A model generated the notes under the pieces. It saw only the letters and a list, made by a program, of their open reading frames with translations, made no database searches and was not told where the DNA came from. Source: Chara braunii (lineage: Eukaryota > Plantae > Charophyceae). Taken from it: DNA of 64,000 nucleotides. Both the position numbers and the translations under genes were made by a program. Each line of letters begins with the position of its first letter. Position 1 is the stretch's first letter. Of the stretch, positions 1 to 11,047 are shown in pieces. The stretch is from the NCBI GenBank assembly GCA_003427395.1, contig BFEA01000018.1, positions 1,055,952 to 1,119,951 on the forward strand, read 5' to 3'.

Positions 1-49
1 GACCACGTTGAAAAATACACGAAACGTAAACTAAACCCCCTCTAGTGGA

Positions 50-150
50 ACATGGCCCCGGGTTGGTTGGTGTTCCCCGGTACATGAGAGGATGAGATAG
101 ATGCGTACTACGAAGAAGATGAGATAGATTAAAGAAGAATATAAAAAATA
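50..150 (+). mobile_element. 3' tail fragment of the tRNA-derived SINE-like family
   Basis: GGTTGGTTGGTGTTCCCCGGTA...GAGAGGATGAGATAGAT...CGAAGAA...GAAGAATATA matches the reverse complement of the tail of the copy at 22455-22550. Confidence 0.55.
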
Positions 151-546
151 AAATAAACAAATGGGTGTATCGTTCCATGTTCTAGGTGATTATTCATTCA
201 TTCTCAGTTTGCACATTTGGTGAGTATAGGAGGGAGGTTATTGTGAGTGGCGCAGCTACCGGTAGGAGAGGGGGTGGGCGCTGCCGAGAACGGAAATCCC
301 CACGTGTAGTTCTCCCCCCCCCGCCGCAGCGCTGGGAGTTCCCGATTCTCGAGCGCTGGCCATATGCGGAAGGCGGGCAAATGTCTGTACCTGCGGTGTT
401 GTGCCTGAAGACGCGGAGAGTTCCACTCACACTCGACCCAGGAAGGAAATAGTAGGTGTGAATCTTCCTTCCCTCCCTCCCTCCCTCACTCTCGCTCTCT
501 CCCTCCCTCCCTCTCTCCCTCTCTGCCTCTCTCCCTCCCGCCCACC

Positions 547-580
<34 letters not shown>

Positions 581-1082
581 TGGCGCTGTGGTGAGCAAAG
601 AGGTGGAGGGTTCCGCTCCCTCCTCTCGTCATCCACGGTTAGGGCTGCAACTCCATTTTTTGTTGGGATGCCATGTTGCGAGTGGGACAGCATTTTTGCA
701 CAGCGGCTATCGGAAGGAGTAGGCGGGGGTCATGCTGTGCATGCGGAGAGGCAGGGGGAGAAGGGCACTAGGGGGAGGTCAAGTGCCTGGTCAGGGAGTC
801 AGAAGAAGGTAGCCATCGAAATATCTTGAGGGCGTAGCAAGAGAGGGACTAAGGAGGGTGGTGAGGATGCGGGATCAGGAGGATGAGAGGGTTGGGATTT
901 GGTCGGTCAGGAGGGAATGCGATGACAGAGGACGCAGAAGGAGAGCCACCGGGATAGGGTGAAGCATGTAAGGTTAATTTGCCGGCGTTAAGGAGGCTGT
1001 GGAGGAGGACGACGTCGAGGAGGGGCCTAAATTAAATGGGAGGACGTTGTATGTCGGGGTTCCAAAGGGGATGGGCAGCGCC

Positions 1083-1200
1083 GATTGGGAGGGTGCCAAT
1101 CAGGATGTGCATCGAGAGAAGGAGAAGGTCGGAAGGACAAATTGGGAGTGTGCAATCAGGATTGGGAGGGTGCAATCAGGATTGGGAAGGTGCAATCAGG
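1083..1200 (+). repeat. ~21-bp tandem repeat (GATTGGGAGGGTGCAATCAG)
   Basis: Three near-identical consecutive units at 1141-1200 plus one upstream copy. Confidence 0.75.
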
Positions 1201-1549
1201 ACGTGGATTGAGGGTGTGGGAACCGATGAAGTGCAGGGAAAAGTAGGCCAAGGCAACAGGGTAGTAAGGAAGGTCGTGTAGGGGGGGGGATCCGGACAAG
1301 GTGGGGGGGGAAGAGATTGCAAGGCGCATCTCAGAGCGCCGGGGACGGAACAGGGAAGGAAAGGAGAGAGCAGGGTAATGTCGAAGGGCCTAAATCACGA
1401 GAGGGATAGGGTAAATGTGGATATGCAGGTGATGGAAAGAGAGAGGAATGAGGAGTGAAAGAGCGACAGACAAAGGAAGAGAGGAAAGGACTTACCAGAT
1501 CCGCAGGGTCATGTCGAGGGTTGAAGAACGGGGCACGTCGAGTGTTGAA

Positions 1550-1758
1550 GAGCATCATGACGGAGGAGAGAAAGGGGTGAGGATGGCGGGAAGAGAGAGG
1601 CGACAGAATCGGGACTAGGAGGGAAGAGGATGGTGAAAATCGGATTTCGGGGGGGAGATTGGGAGGGGGGATGGAGGGCGCAGGTTGAAAGATGGAGTCG
1701 GCCAGACGGAAGGGAGGCAATGGAGAAGGAAGAAAGGGAAAAAGGCGAGCAGGTAGTG

Positions 1759-1824
<66 letters not shown>

Positions 1825-2520
1825 NNNNNNNNNNNNNNNNNNNNNNNNNNNNNNNNNNNNNNNNNNNNNNNNNNNNNNNNNNNNNNNNNNNNNNNNNNCT
1901 CGAAAGCATCCCAACGGAGGAGAGAAAGGGGTGAGGACGGCGGGAAGAGAGAGGCGACAGACACAGGACTAGGAGAGAAGAGGATGCTGAATATCGGATT
2001 GTTTTTTTGTGTTATCAGATTGGTGGGGGGAAGATCAGGAGGGGGAATGGAGGGTGAAAGTTGAAAGAAGGAATCGGTGAGGCGGAAGGGAGGCAATGGC
2101 GAAGAAGGAAAGGGAAAAGAGGGGGAAGAAAGAAAGGGAAAAGAGGGGAGCGGAAAGGGGAAAGAGACAGACAGACACACACACACACACACACATAAAC
2201 ACTTGCAATATTGGACAACACGTGCGAGGCTTTACTTTCACAGAGTACACGTCCTGTCCATGGCATGCCACCGAAACAGCCGTGATTACCCTTCTACCTC
2301 TCTGCTCAGGTTGGGGGGATGGAGGCGCAAGTTGAAAAATGGAATAGGCCCATCGTATATTCCATTTTCCAACTTGCGCCCTCGATCCCCCCATAATGAG
2401 CAGAGTTTTTCTTGTATAAAAAGAAAAAGGTAAATAAAGAATGGAATATGCCAGGCGGAAGGGAGGCAATGGAGAAGGAAGAACGGGAAAAAGGCGAGCG
2501 GGTAGAGGGGGGGGGAAGGG
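1550..2520. repeat. Locally duplicated purine-rich repeat units with (GA)n tracts and an ~80-bp inverted repeat (2313-2392)
   Basis: CGGAGGAGAGAAAGGGGTGAGGA.. recurs at ~1561 and ~1915. GGAAGGGAGGCAATGG.. recurs at ~1708, ~2084 and ~2457. GCGCAAGTTGAAAAATGGAATA pairs with TATTCCATTTTCCAACTTGCGC. Confidence 0.65.
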
Positions 2521-2528
2521 GGGGGGGG

Positions 2529-2592
<64 letters not shown>

Positions 2593-4107
2593 ATGAGATC
2601 TGTAGATGGATACTTACATAGACCCCGAATATCTCATTGGCATATCCATGTGTGCTGGCGTAGCCGCACTGCCTTTACTTGTAACATCCAAAATGGGAAT
2701 TATTCTTCCGCGTTGTCGCGGGAAGATTCATTCCCGTCTCTCTCTCTCTCTCTCTATCTTTACACCCCACTGGCTTTACTTGTAACATGCAAAATGGGAT
2801 TGAATCTTCCGCAACAACGCGGGAAGATTCATTCCCGTCTCCCTCTCTCTCTCTCTCTCTCTCTCTTTCTCTGTGTGTCTGCCGTCCCAGTGTGCCATTC
2901 CCCGCGTTATGCTTTCTTTTTTCCCTTCGAGTTTCGGTTTGTTCTCCCCTCCCCTTCATTCTCGGTCTGTCCGTGCTTTCGGGCACGACCGGGCGTATGG
3001 AGCAGCACGTGCGTTCAAAAAATAAATCCTAGAAGGTCAGGTCCAGACTTCTTTTTCGTTTCTTTTTCCATTGTCACACTCTACTACTTGTTTTCCTTTC
3101 CTTGATATAAAAATTAGTATATTTTTTCTGACAGAGCGGGATTTTTTGTTTTCCGTTCGGATTAATCGGGGACGATTCCTCCGGCCGACTAAATCCGGAC
3201 CCAAAAAGTGTTTCCCCCCCCCNAAATCCANACCNAAAAAGTNTTCCCCCCCCCCCCAAATCCAGACCCCAAAAGTGTTCCACCCCCCCTAAATCCAGAC
3301 CTAAAAANTGNTCCCCCCCCCCCCCCNCTCCCCGGCCGACTAAACCGGTTGGCTATATATCCGAACTGACTGGCTACTCTTTTTCAGTTTTCTTTAGCCG
3401 CAAACGGTCATTGTCATGAACTGAATTGAATTTTTGAAACTGAAAATTCGTTTTCCATTCACCTACAATTTCTCAGCTATATTTTCCGTTGGCTGAATTT
3501 TTTTTTTTCTTTCAGTAAATATAAAAAAGGGTGACTGATCTTGAGATATTGTCATTAATGGGTGTACCAACTGAGCTACTGTAGGCCAGTTGGTGTGTGA
3601 CTGAAGTTAGGGTCAGATCCCACTACTCTGGATTATTTTTCACCCTCGATTACGAAGATCAACGGTTAGAAATGAACAATAGGTATTAGTGGGATCTGGC
3701 CCTTAATGAGCCCCACCTGCACCTGCAGCAGGTTGCACGGCGGCCGAGCGCTCCGGGCCGTCCGCGTCTGCCGGGTGAGGCAGTCTGCCTGACGTCAGCA
3801 TGCCCAGGCGTCTCAGCACCTGCGACCGGGATCCCGGTTGCCATATCTCATCGACATAGCAGCTATGGAGTTTGTCTAACGCTACTGACGATTAGGTTGG
3901 GAGTGAGGGTGGCGTGCTGTTATACCCTATTTATAACCTATTGCAACCGGGATCGGCGCGTTGGTGCGTTTGGTCTTTTTTGAGATTTGGCGCTCTTTTG
4001 ATCGGTATCTCTATCTATTGCTGTTGCCGCTTCGCTGCACGTGGTCCTGTCATCGACTGTCCAGGGGAGTGAAGCTTGTCGGAGCATGACGATATCTCTG
4101 CCCGTGC

Positions 4108-4312
4108 ATTGACTTCCCGCAAGTCAGACCGTGGATTGACTTCCTGCAAGTCAGACCGTGGATTGACTTCCCGCAAGTCATAGTGTGATGGGCGATTGTT
4201 GGAAGTCAGACCGTGGATTGACTTACAGCAAATCAGAGGGTGATGGGCGATTGTTGCGAGTCAGATCGTGGATTGACTTACCACAAGTCAGAGGGTGATG
4301 GGCGATTGTTGC
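4108..4312 (+). repeat. 27-bp-based tandem repeat (GTCAGACCGTGGATTGACTTCCCGCAA) with longer variant units
   Basis: Repeated units visible directly. Confidence 0.75.
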
Positions 4313-5476
4313 AGGCGATTGGCTGTTGCCCAGCTGGAAAAGACTGTCACGTCGAGGCTTACCGCGGGAGAGCGCTGTGTTAGGCGGATTGTCGATATTA
4401 GGGGACTGTTTCTGTTTTCCTTGGTGCAAATCTTATAGTGGGGTGCGAGCTTTGCCGTGGGGGGAGTGCCGCCTTTGACGAATCGCTGTTCTTATGATCT
4501 CCTGTATGATTTAGTTTCGTTTTCTGTGTGTTAGTTTTGGTTCCTGTTACGCGATAGTGAATGTTTTTGTGTCTCTCGGATTAATTAGGGTTGGTTGTGC
4601 CCTCAGCGGCCTTTGGCACATTCCAGCAAGTCTTATGGTGATAGGCACTTGTCGTTTTTTGGTTGTCTTCTTCTTCTTTGGTTTTGCCTTGGTGTTTTTT
4701 TTTCTTCTTCGGAGCCTTGGTGTTCTTGTCGGAGTAAACATTCGGATTAATAAGCCTAATTAGGTAGGCGTTGTCGTGTTTTTTTTTTTTGGTGTTTTTT
4801 GAGAGCGGGACTTGGGACTTGGGAATTAAAAATGGTAAGCCTAATTACGAATTTTATTGTGTATTTGGACTTGGGAACTATTAGCAATCCTAATTAGGAA
4901 TTCCATTGTGGTGTTTGATGAATTTCTTGTGTAGTGGTGGGGATTTTTGGGGCATTTTCTACATATTTTTTTGGGATTCTAGACAGTGGTTTTCTACAAA
5001 GGAGGGGTTCCACTCAACGAAGCGGGGGATTGGAGGGGCCTTGCGACCCCCCTGAAATTGCAGCTCCTTGACGTTGTTGCATTTTTGCCTTGGGCACTGG
5101 GCCCTAATAAAAAAAAACTGTTCCTCCCCTCCCCCGCCTCTCCAAAAAAAACCGAAGTTTTGTGTTCACAATTTCTGTTTTTGTGATTGTCCGCTGTTCC
5201 GGGTCCTTATAGCTGTGTATCTGGACTGCTGAAAATTGTACCAGATCCGGCTATAACGACCGGGCGTTCTATTTGGGTGAAGACGGCGGCTTTGCTTGGC
5301 TTTGTCTTCGACCATAGGCGAAGGTTCGAATCTCTCTGCTCCGACGAGCTCCTGAAGGTCTGTGCTGTGCTCACAAAATTTTTCTATTTTCTATTTTCTA
5401 TTTTCTATTTTCTATTTTAATTGCAGGAGCAAGCTTTGCTTGGCCTTGGTCTCCACCATTGCCGAAGGGTCGGATG

Positions 5477-5570
5477 GAATCTCTGCTGGTCCGAATCGAA
5501 TCTCTGCTGGTCCGAATCGAACCTCTGCTGGTCCGAATTGAATCTCTGCCGGTCCGGATCGAATCTCTGC
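5477..5570 (+). repeat. 21-bp tandem repeat (GAATCTCTGCTGGTCCGAATC)
   Basis: 4-5 consecutive units, reflected in the repetitive ORF translations (RIESLLV)n. Confidence 0.8.
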
Positions 5571-5649
5571 TACTACGATCTCCAAGTCATTTGTCGCCGA
5601 GCTGTTGTCCCCTTCTGCTATTTGAGTTGCCGTCTCCCTTAAAGAGATC

Positions 5650-6165
5650 CTCTGCCACGTGGTTAAACGTAGGACATCGGTGTCTTCTGCCAGTCGCAAT
5701 GCTGTTGCCACGTGACCCGTGAAGATCGCCCCGCCACGTGGTGCCACGTGTCCCGTTAAGGTCGCCCGCCACATGGTCCCACGAATGTGCTGCTGACAAG
5801 TGTCCGGTCACACGAATCGGCTCCTTCAACGTGGCCCTTGAAGATCGCCCGTCGCGTCGTCACACGAATCTTCACGAATCTTCTGCTGCCACGTGTTCGC
5901 ACGTGGGACATTCACGTGTCCTTTGACAGTCGCGGAGCATCGGCAATCAGTTGCTGTCACGTTTAATCTGACAGATCGCCCGCCACGTGGTTGCAAATAG
6001 GACCTTGTTATCTTTTGCGAATCGCAAAACATCGACAATCTGCTGCTGCCACGTGCAATTTGGAAGATCGCTCTCCCCCTCCACGTGGTTACAGATAGGA
6101 CCGTGGTGTCTTTTGGCAATCGCGAAGCGTCGGCAGTCGGCGGCAATTGGCTGCTGTCACGTTCG
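5650..6165. promoter_or_regulatory. Dense G-box/ABRE-like cluster upstream of the PLAC8 gene
   Basis: Ten CACGTG at 5656, 5709, 5735, 5745, 5890, 5900, 5913, 5984, 6050 and 6082, mostly as GCCACGTG, inside a degenerate repeat (AGATCGCCCGCCACGTGG). Confidence 0.5.
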
Positions 6166-6393
6166 TTCCCCCTTGGAGGAGGTCTCTATTGTCTGGAGAA
6201 GGGCTCTGCGGAATCGCTGTGATTTTTGATATGTCCCCTATGTGCAATAGCAGCTATCTTTTCTCTTCTTGACAATTTTTAGCATCCCTATCTAACGCGG
6301 CCTAGACTGTTGTGACTCGCTTTGAACTGCTGACTGTGGTGCATCATCATGCGTGGACCTATTTAGGGTCTTACGGTTTGAGAACCTACGAAC

Positions 6394-6428
<35 letters not shown>

Positions 6429-6613
6429 CTGATTGACTGTCGGGTAAATTGCCCACAGGGACGCACACAGTTAATTGATTGATTGATTGATTGTTTTCTG
6501 ATTGATTGATTGATTGGCTGATTGATTGTCGGGTTAATTGCCCACACACAGGGACGCACACAGTCAATTAGGTTGATTGGTATTTTGTCTCTTCCGTCGG
6601 TCTAGTCATCAAG

Positions 6614-7594
6614 ATGAGTAATCGACCGTATCGACCTCCAGTGTTTGTGCCATTGGAGAACGAAGAAGATGCAGAGCCCATGGCGCTGCTTGGCTCTTCC
6701 GCACGACCGAAGAGTGGCGATGGCGGTCAAGGGAGAGGCGGGGGAGGAGGTGCTGCTACGTCCACCTCCTCCTCCTTGCGGGAGGCCTCAGGCGGTGCCG
6801 CCACCTCTACTATCCCTGGCCTCCCTGATCCTCCTCAGCGTTGGGTATCTGGTATTTGCGCGTGTTGTGATGACCTGGACAGCTGTTGCCTAGGGTGTTG
6901 GTGCCCCTGCGTTCTATTCGGTCGGAACGTTGCCGCTCTTAGCGACAAGCCATGGGTAGGTCCGTGTGTGCTGTACTGCTTGATGGATGTGTTGATTAGG
7001 TTAGTGGGGCTGAAGTTGGCCGGTGCGTGTGGATGGTATTTCTTGTCTTTCGGGTCTTGCTACACCTTTTCGCAAAGGCGAAAGCTGCGCACCAAGTACA
7101 ACTTGCAGGAGGGCCCTTGTATGGATCCCTGCACTCATTACTGGTGCCCCTGGTGCGCTGTGTGCCAAGAGTATAGAGAGATTAGGGAGAGGTCCACCAA
7201 TCAGTTCGTTCTTCTGAAGACGGACATCTCAGCGCCTGTTCCGCAGACCATGGAGCGCCATCCATCACCGGGATTGGGATCGGTATTGGGACTTCCGGTC
7301 GCGACTGAGCCTTCTTCTTCTGCAAACCACCAGCATCATCGCACGGTGAATCGCCGCTCTCTTCCTGAACTCTCTCCACTAGAGACGGTCGCTCTTCTTC
7401 CCCTGTCTTCTGGTTCCTCCGCCGCCGCCGACGCCAAGCTGATGCTTCAAGAGTACGAGAGGTTAGAGCTGGCAGCGGGGGCAGAATCAGGGGGGCCAGC
7501 AGGGACAGGCGGCGGCGGCGGCAGCGGTGGGAGGAGTGAAGAGGAGGGAGTGAGTACATCATCAGGTGCGAAAAGGGGTGTGGATTTACAGTAG
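6614..7594 (+). CDS. PLAC8 family Cys-rich protein (cell number regulator / PCR family, CNR8-like), single exon
   Basis: PLAC8 motifs WVSGICACCDDLDSCCLGCWCPCVLFGRN and RRKLRTKYNLQEGPCMDPCTHYWCPWCAVCQEYREI, followed by APVPQTME as in plant CNR8-like proteins. Uninterrupted 326-aa ORF. Confidence 0.92.
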   Translation: MSNRPYRPPVFVPLENEEDAEPMALLGSSARPKSGDGGQGRGGGGGAATSTSSSLREASGGAATSTIPGLPDPPQRWVSGICACCDDLDSCCLGCWCPCVLFGRNVAALSDKPWVGPCVLYCLMDVLIRLVGLKLAGACGWYFLSFGSCYTFSQRRKLRTKYNLQEGPCMDPCTHYWCPWCAVCQEYREIRERSTNQFVLLKTDISAPVPQTMERHPSPGLGSVLGLPVATEPSSSANHQHHRTVNRRSLPELSPLETVALLPLSSGSSAAADAKLMLQEYERLELAAGAESGGPAGTGGGGGSGGRSEEEGVSTSSGAKRGVDLQ

Positions 7595-7807
7595 AACTCT
7601 TTTTGGCACAGAGGATCCAATCGTCCTCTTTGCTGCACCTGGCCACAAACACGTCCAGATTCAGGCGCTCCTGTCTTGCCTTGTCTGCTGCTATCGTAGA
7701 AAAACACGTCTCAGTTATCGCTTGGTGTTTTCTCCGGCCTCGTCGCGGTTCTACTTGCCATTATGATGATGATTTTGTAATCATTGGCGAGAGATTGACC
7801 AGCAGAT

Positions 7808-8030
7808 CGAAAATGGCGGGAAACTGGACGTACTACTGGCGAGACAATGACCAGATTAAAAAATGGCGGGACGAGAACGAAAATGGCGGGAACGAAAATT
7901 GTGGGAACAAAAATGGCGGGAACGAAAATTGTGGGAACAAAAATGGCGGGAACGAAAATGGCGGGAAACGGGACGTACTACTGGTGAGACAATGGCCAGA
8001 TGGAAAATGGCGGGAAAGTGGACATACACT
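7808..8030 (+). repeat. Tandem repeat of AAAATGGCGGGAAC(G) units containing E2F-type sites
   Basis: Repeated GGCGGGAA (reverse complement TTCCCGCC) units. Confidence 0.75.
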
Positions 8031-8583
8031 CTACACATTGTGAGTTTTTCAGTGCGTTGTTCTGATATCGGTCAGACAAAACAGACAAAAGAAGACTTGC
8101 TGGTGGTGGTCTTTCCCGCCCCTTTTCCGCGGCAAAACCCTCTGCATTCCCGCCGGTTTTCTTGCGGCCGACCGATTATATGCCAGACCTTTAGGGCGCC
8201 AACTTGTCATTTCCCGGGTGCTGCAGTCTTCGACTTGTTGTTTTTCCCGCCGTTTTGGGAAGAACCGGCGCCCGCCAGTTTTATGGTATCCTGGCGATGC
8301 GTATCTTCCCAAAAGCTTTGATGATGATGCCCACCCTTTTTACGAATTTGATGATGATCCCGCCCAGTCGCCGAATCCGCTGATGATGCCGATGAAAATG
8401 ATGAAGACGATGACGTGTCCTTCACCACGAGAGCTTCTCTCCTCTGATTAGTCATTCAGCCATTAACTAGTAATACGTAATAATAAAGTTTTTTCATTCT
8501 TCCTGCGGTGAGTTGTGTCGGCCATTCATTTCTCTTCGGAACGCAAAATCACTGTGGTAACTCTCGGTCGTCAATTCCCCGTT

Positions 8584-8965
8584 TTTTCCCGCCCAACGCC
8601 GCATCACCGCCGGACGACCATATACACTGAATGTTAGGTTACTGCACAGGTAACATTCAATGTATATGGTCGTCCGGCGGTGATGCGGCGTTGGGCGGGA
8701 ACACAAGTAACATTCAGTGTATATGGTCGTCCGGCGGTGATGCGGCGTTGGGCCGGAAAAAAACGCGACGCCGCATCACCGCCGGACGACCATATGCACT
8801 GAATGTTTAATGTTACGGCACAGGTAACATTCAGTGTATATGGCCGTCCGGCGGTTATGCGGCGTTGGGCGGGAAAAAGCGGTATTTGAACCCGCGACTT
8901 CTGGTTCGGCGGTGGGCGGGAAAAACGGGATTTGAACCCGCGACTTCTGGTTCGGCGGTGGGTGA
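8584..8965. repeat. Foldback repeat: ~50-bp arms in inverted and direct orientation
   Basis: CCCGCCCAACGCCGCATCACCGCCGGACGACCATATACACTGAATGTTA (8588-8636) is almost perfectly inverted at 8651-8700. The arm repeats at 8708-8758 and forms a second hairpin at 8768-8875. Confidence 0.85.
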
Positions 8966-9077
8966 CTCCGAAGTGTGTACTTACATTAGCTTCAGCTTCG
9001 CAGTGGATCTCCGCCGGAGGTTCCATGGCGGCAGAAAGTTCAGCAGTCTTCCGCTGGATGACGTTATAGGTGATTGT

Positions 9078-9283
9078 CGTCAAATTTGCCGCCGACAGAG
9101 GTCAGCTCTCTTTTCAGCCGTCAAATTTGCCGCCAACAGAGCTCAGCTCTCTTCTCAGCCGTTGAATTTCCTGCAGACAGAGCTCTGCTCTCTTTTCAGC
9201 CGTCGAATTTCCCGCCGACAGAGCTCAGATCTTTTTTCAGCCGTCAAATTTTCCCCGCCGACAGAGCTCAGCTCTCTTTTCAG
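9078..9283 (+). repeat. ~41-bp tandem repeat (GTCAAATTTGCCGCCGACAGAGCTCAGCTCTCTTTTCAGCC) x5
   Basis: Five consecutive degenerate units. Confidence 0.8.
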
Positions 9284-10236
9284 TGAGGCGAGGGGGAAAG
9301 AAAGAGAAGATCAAAACAAATGTGTGGCTTGTCCAGAGGAGGGAGGGGGGGGGGGTACTGCCTCCACCGTCGCCGACCACCTGCGGTCTCCATTCAGATT
9401 CGCGCCTGTTTGCAGCCTGTCAATGATTTGCGATGTGCCGTGTGCTATATATACATCTATATACTTGTCTCCCACTCTGCCTACTACGGTTTACCAGGCA
9501 GGTCTGTTTGACAGAGTATATAGCAGTTGCATAGTTTTTGTAATCTGCCCCTTACCTGCTTTCCCCTTCCCCTCTCCACACCCGATGTGTCCAAGCCTTA
9601 AACGTCCCCTACTGTCTGCCCCCGAACACAACGCACCCTGATCATGAATGTATGCAAGCTATCTTTCCGGTCCGATACGTTCATGACGAGGGGGCATTGT
9701 TTTCGGTGGAAGACAGGAAGGTAGCAAGCCCTCGCTGATAGGGTTTGTAATTACGGTATTGATTGACGTCCAGATCATCGGTATCATCGGTACGGCTATG
9801 CACGTCACATTTAGGGTTTCTAGCAGCAATGCTATTATAGTTTTTACCCTGTTGCCAGTCTGATCATCAGTTCACCCATCCACCCAGCCATCAATTTGCA
9901 GCAGTGATGGGGTGATTTTGCGGTAGTGGGTCACGTGAAGAAAAGATCACGCGTAGGTATTTGATTACAGAAAGTGAATATGCGACCGAGAGGGGGCTCA
10001 TTGATTGCGATCGTCATCGGTCTGGACTGGCGCCATGTGCCCTGTGTGCTAACACCTGATCTGGTAACTAGGGTTAATGACTGTGGTCAGGTACTCAGAC
10101 TTCTGATTTGGATTGCGTTTCTTGTATCTTCGTCTAGCAGAGAGGGGAGATTAGATTTTGCCCACGTGGATGGCAGCGATACTTGCGACGTCGTCCATGA
10201 GTTGGAAGATGTCGACGGCCAGGATTGACAGATGAG

Positions 10237-10275
<39 letters not shown>

Positions 10276-10962
10276 CTCTCTCTGAACGGACTACGGACAG
10301 ATGTGAAAAACTTTTAGCACAGCGAGATGAGGGAGGGGGAGGGGATCTCTCTCTCTCTCTCTCTCTCGGAACGGACTACGGACAGAAGTGAAAAAGTTTT
10401 AGCACAGCGAGATGAGGGAGGGGGAGGGGAACGAGAGACGTTAGATGGTTGCTGGCGGCCATGACTGAGGATGAGGATGAGGAAGAGGGCAATCATTGGA
10501 GGGGATAATGACAGATTGGTGCTGATGGGGAACGCTTGGTGCTGATGATGCTGCGGAGGGGCGCCAGCTATTAACTATCGGTTGTAAGTCGCTCATACCA
10601 CAGGTCGACGTCCTTGCTTCTATCTTGTTCTGTTCTGTGTCTTTCTGGTGGATGATGATCGAGTGTCATATAGAGTCGATCGACCGGTCGCTCGCTCGAT
10701 CGAGAGGTTGTCTGAGGAGAGGGAGGGAGATGGAGGGGTGTTTGACAGTGTGATTGGTAGAAGATAGTACTATATGCCATGAGTCACTCATGGCCATTGA
10801 TCTTCCGTCACCTGGCAACTTGATTGATCACACAAAGGCTATTGCTTGGTGACAGTATAATGCTGTTTGTGGGACGGAGGTGCCCCACCTTCCGTGAAAT
10901 CTGTCACTAGGACCTGTCTGCTATATATTCCTGTGTCGGTTAGTTCTGGAGGGCTAGATATA

Positions 10963-11047
<85 letters not shown>

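Noticed and set aside
186-3300. Many ORFs with RERERE, SLSLSL or HTHTHT runs (also at 10867, 16973, 21766, 29418, 31215 and 59391)
   Set aside because: They are translations of (GA)n/(CA)n microsatellites and N gaps, not genes.
8375-8410. Other CTGANGA hits as hammerheads (also ~10543, ~19128, ~34186 and ~43570)
   Set aside because: There is no stem II followed by GAAA.
8865-9641. 258-aa ORF
   Set aside because: It is built from the 41-bp tandem repeat and foldback sequence, with no recognisable domain.
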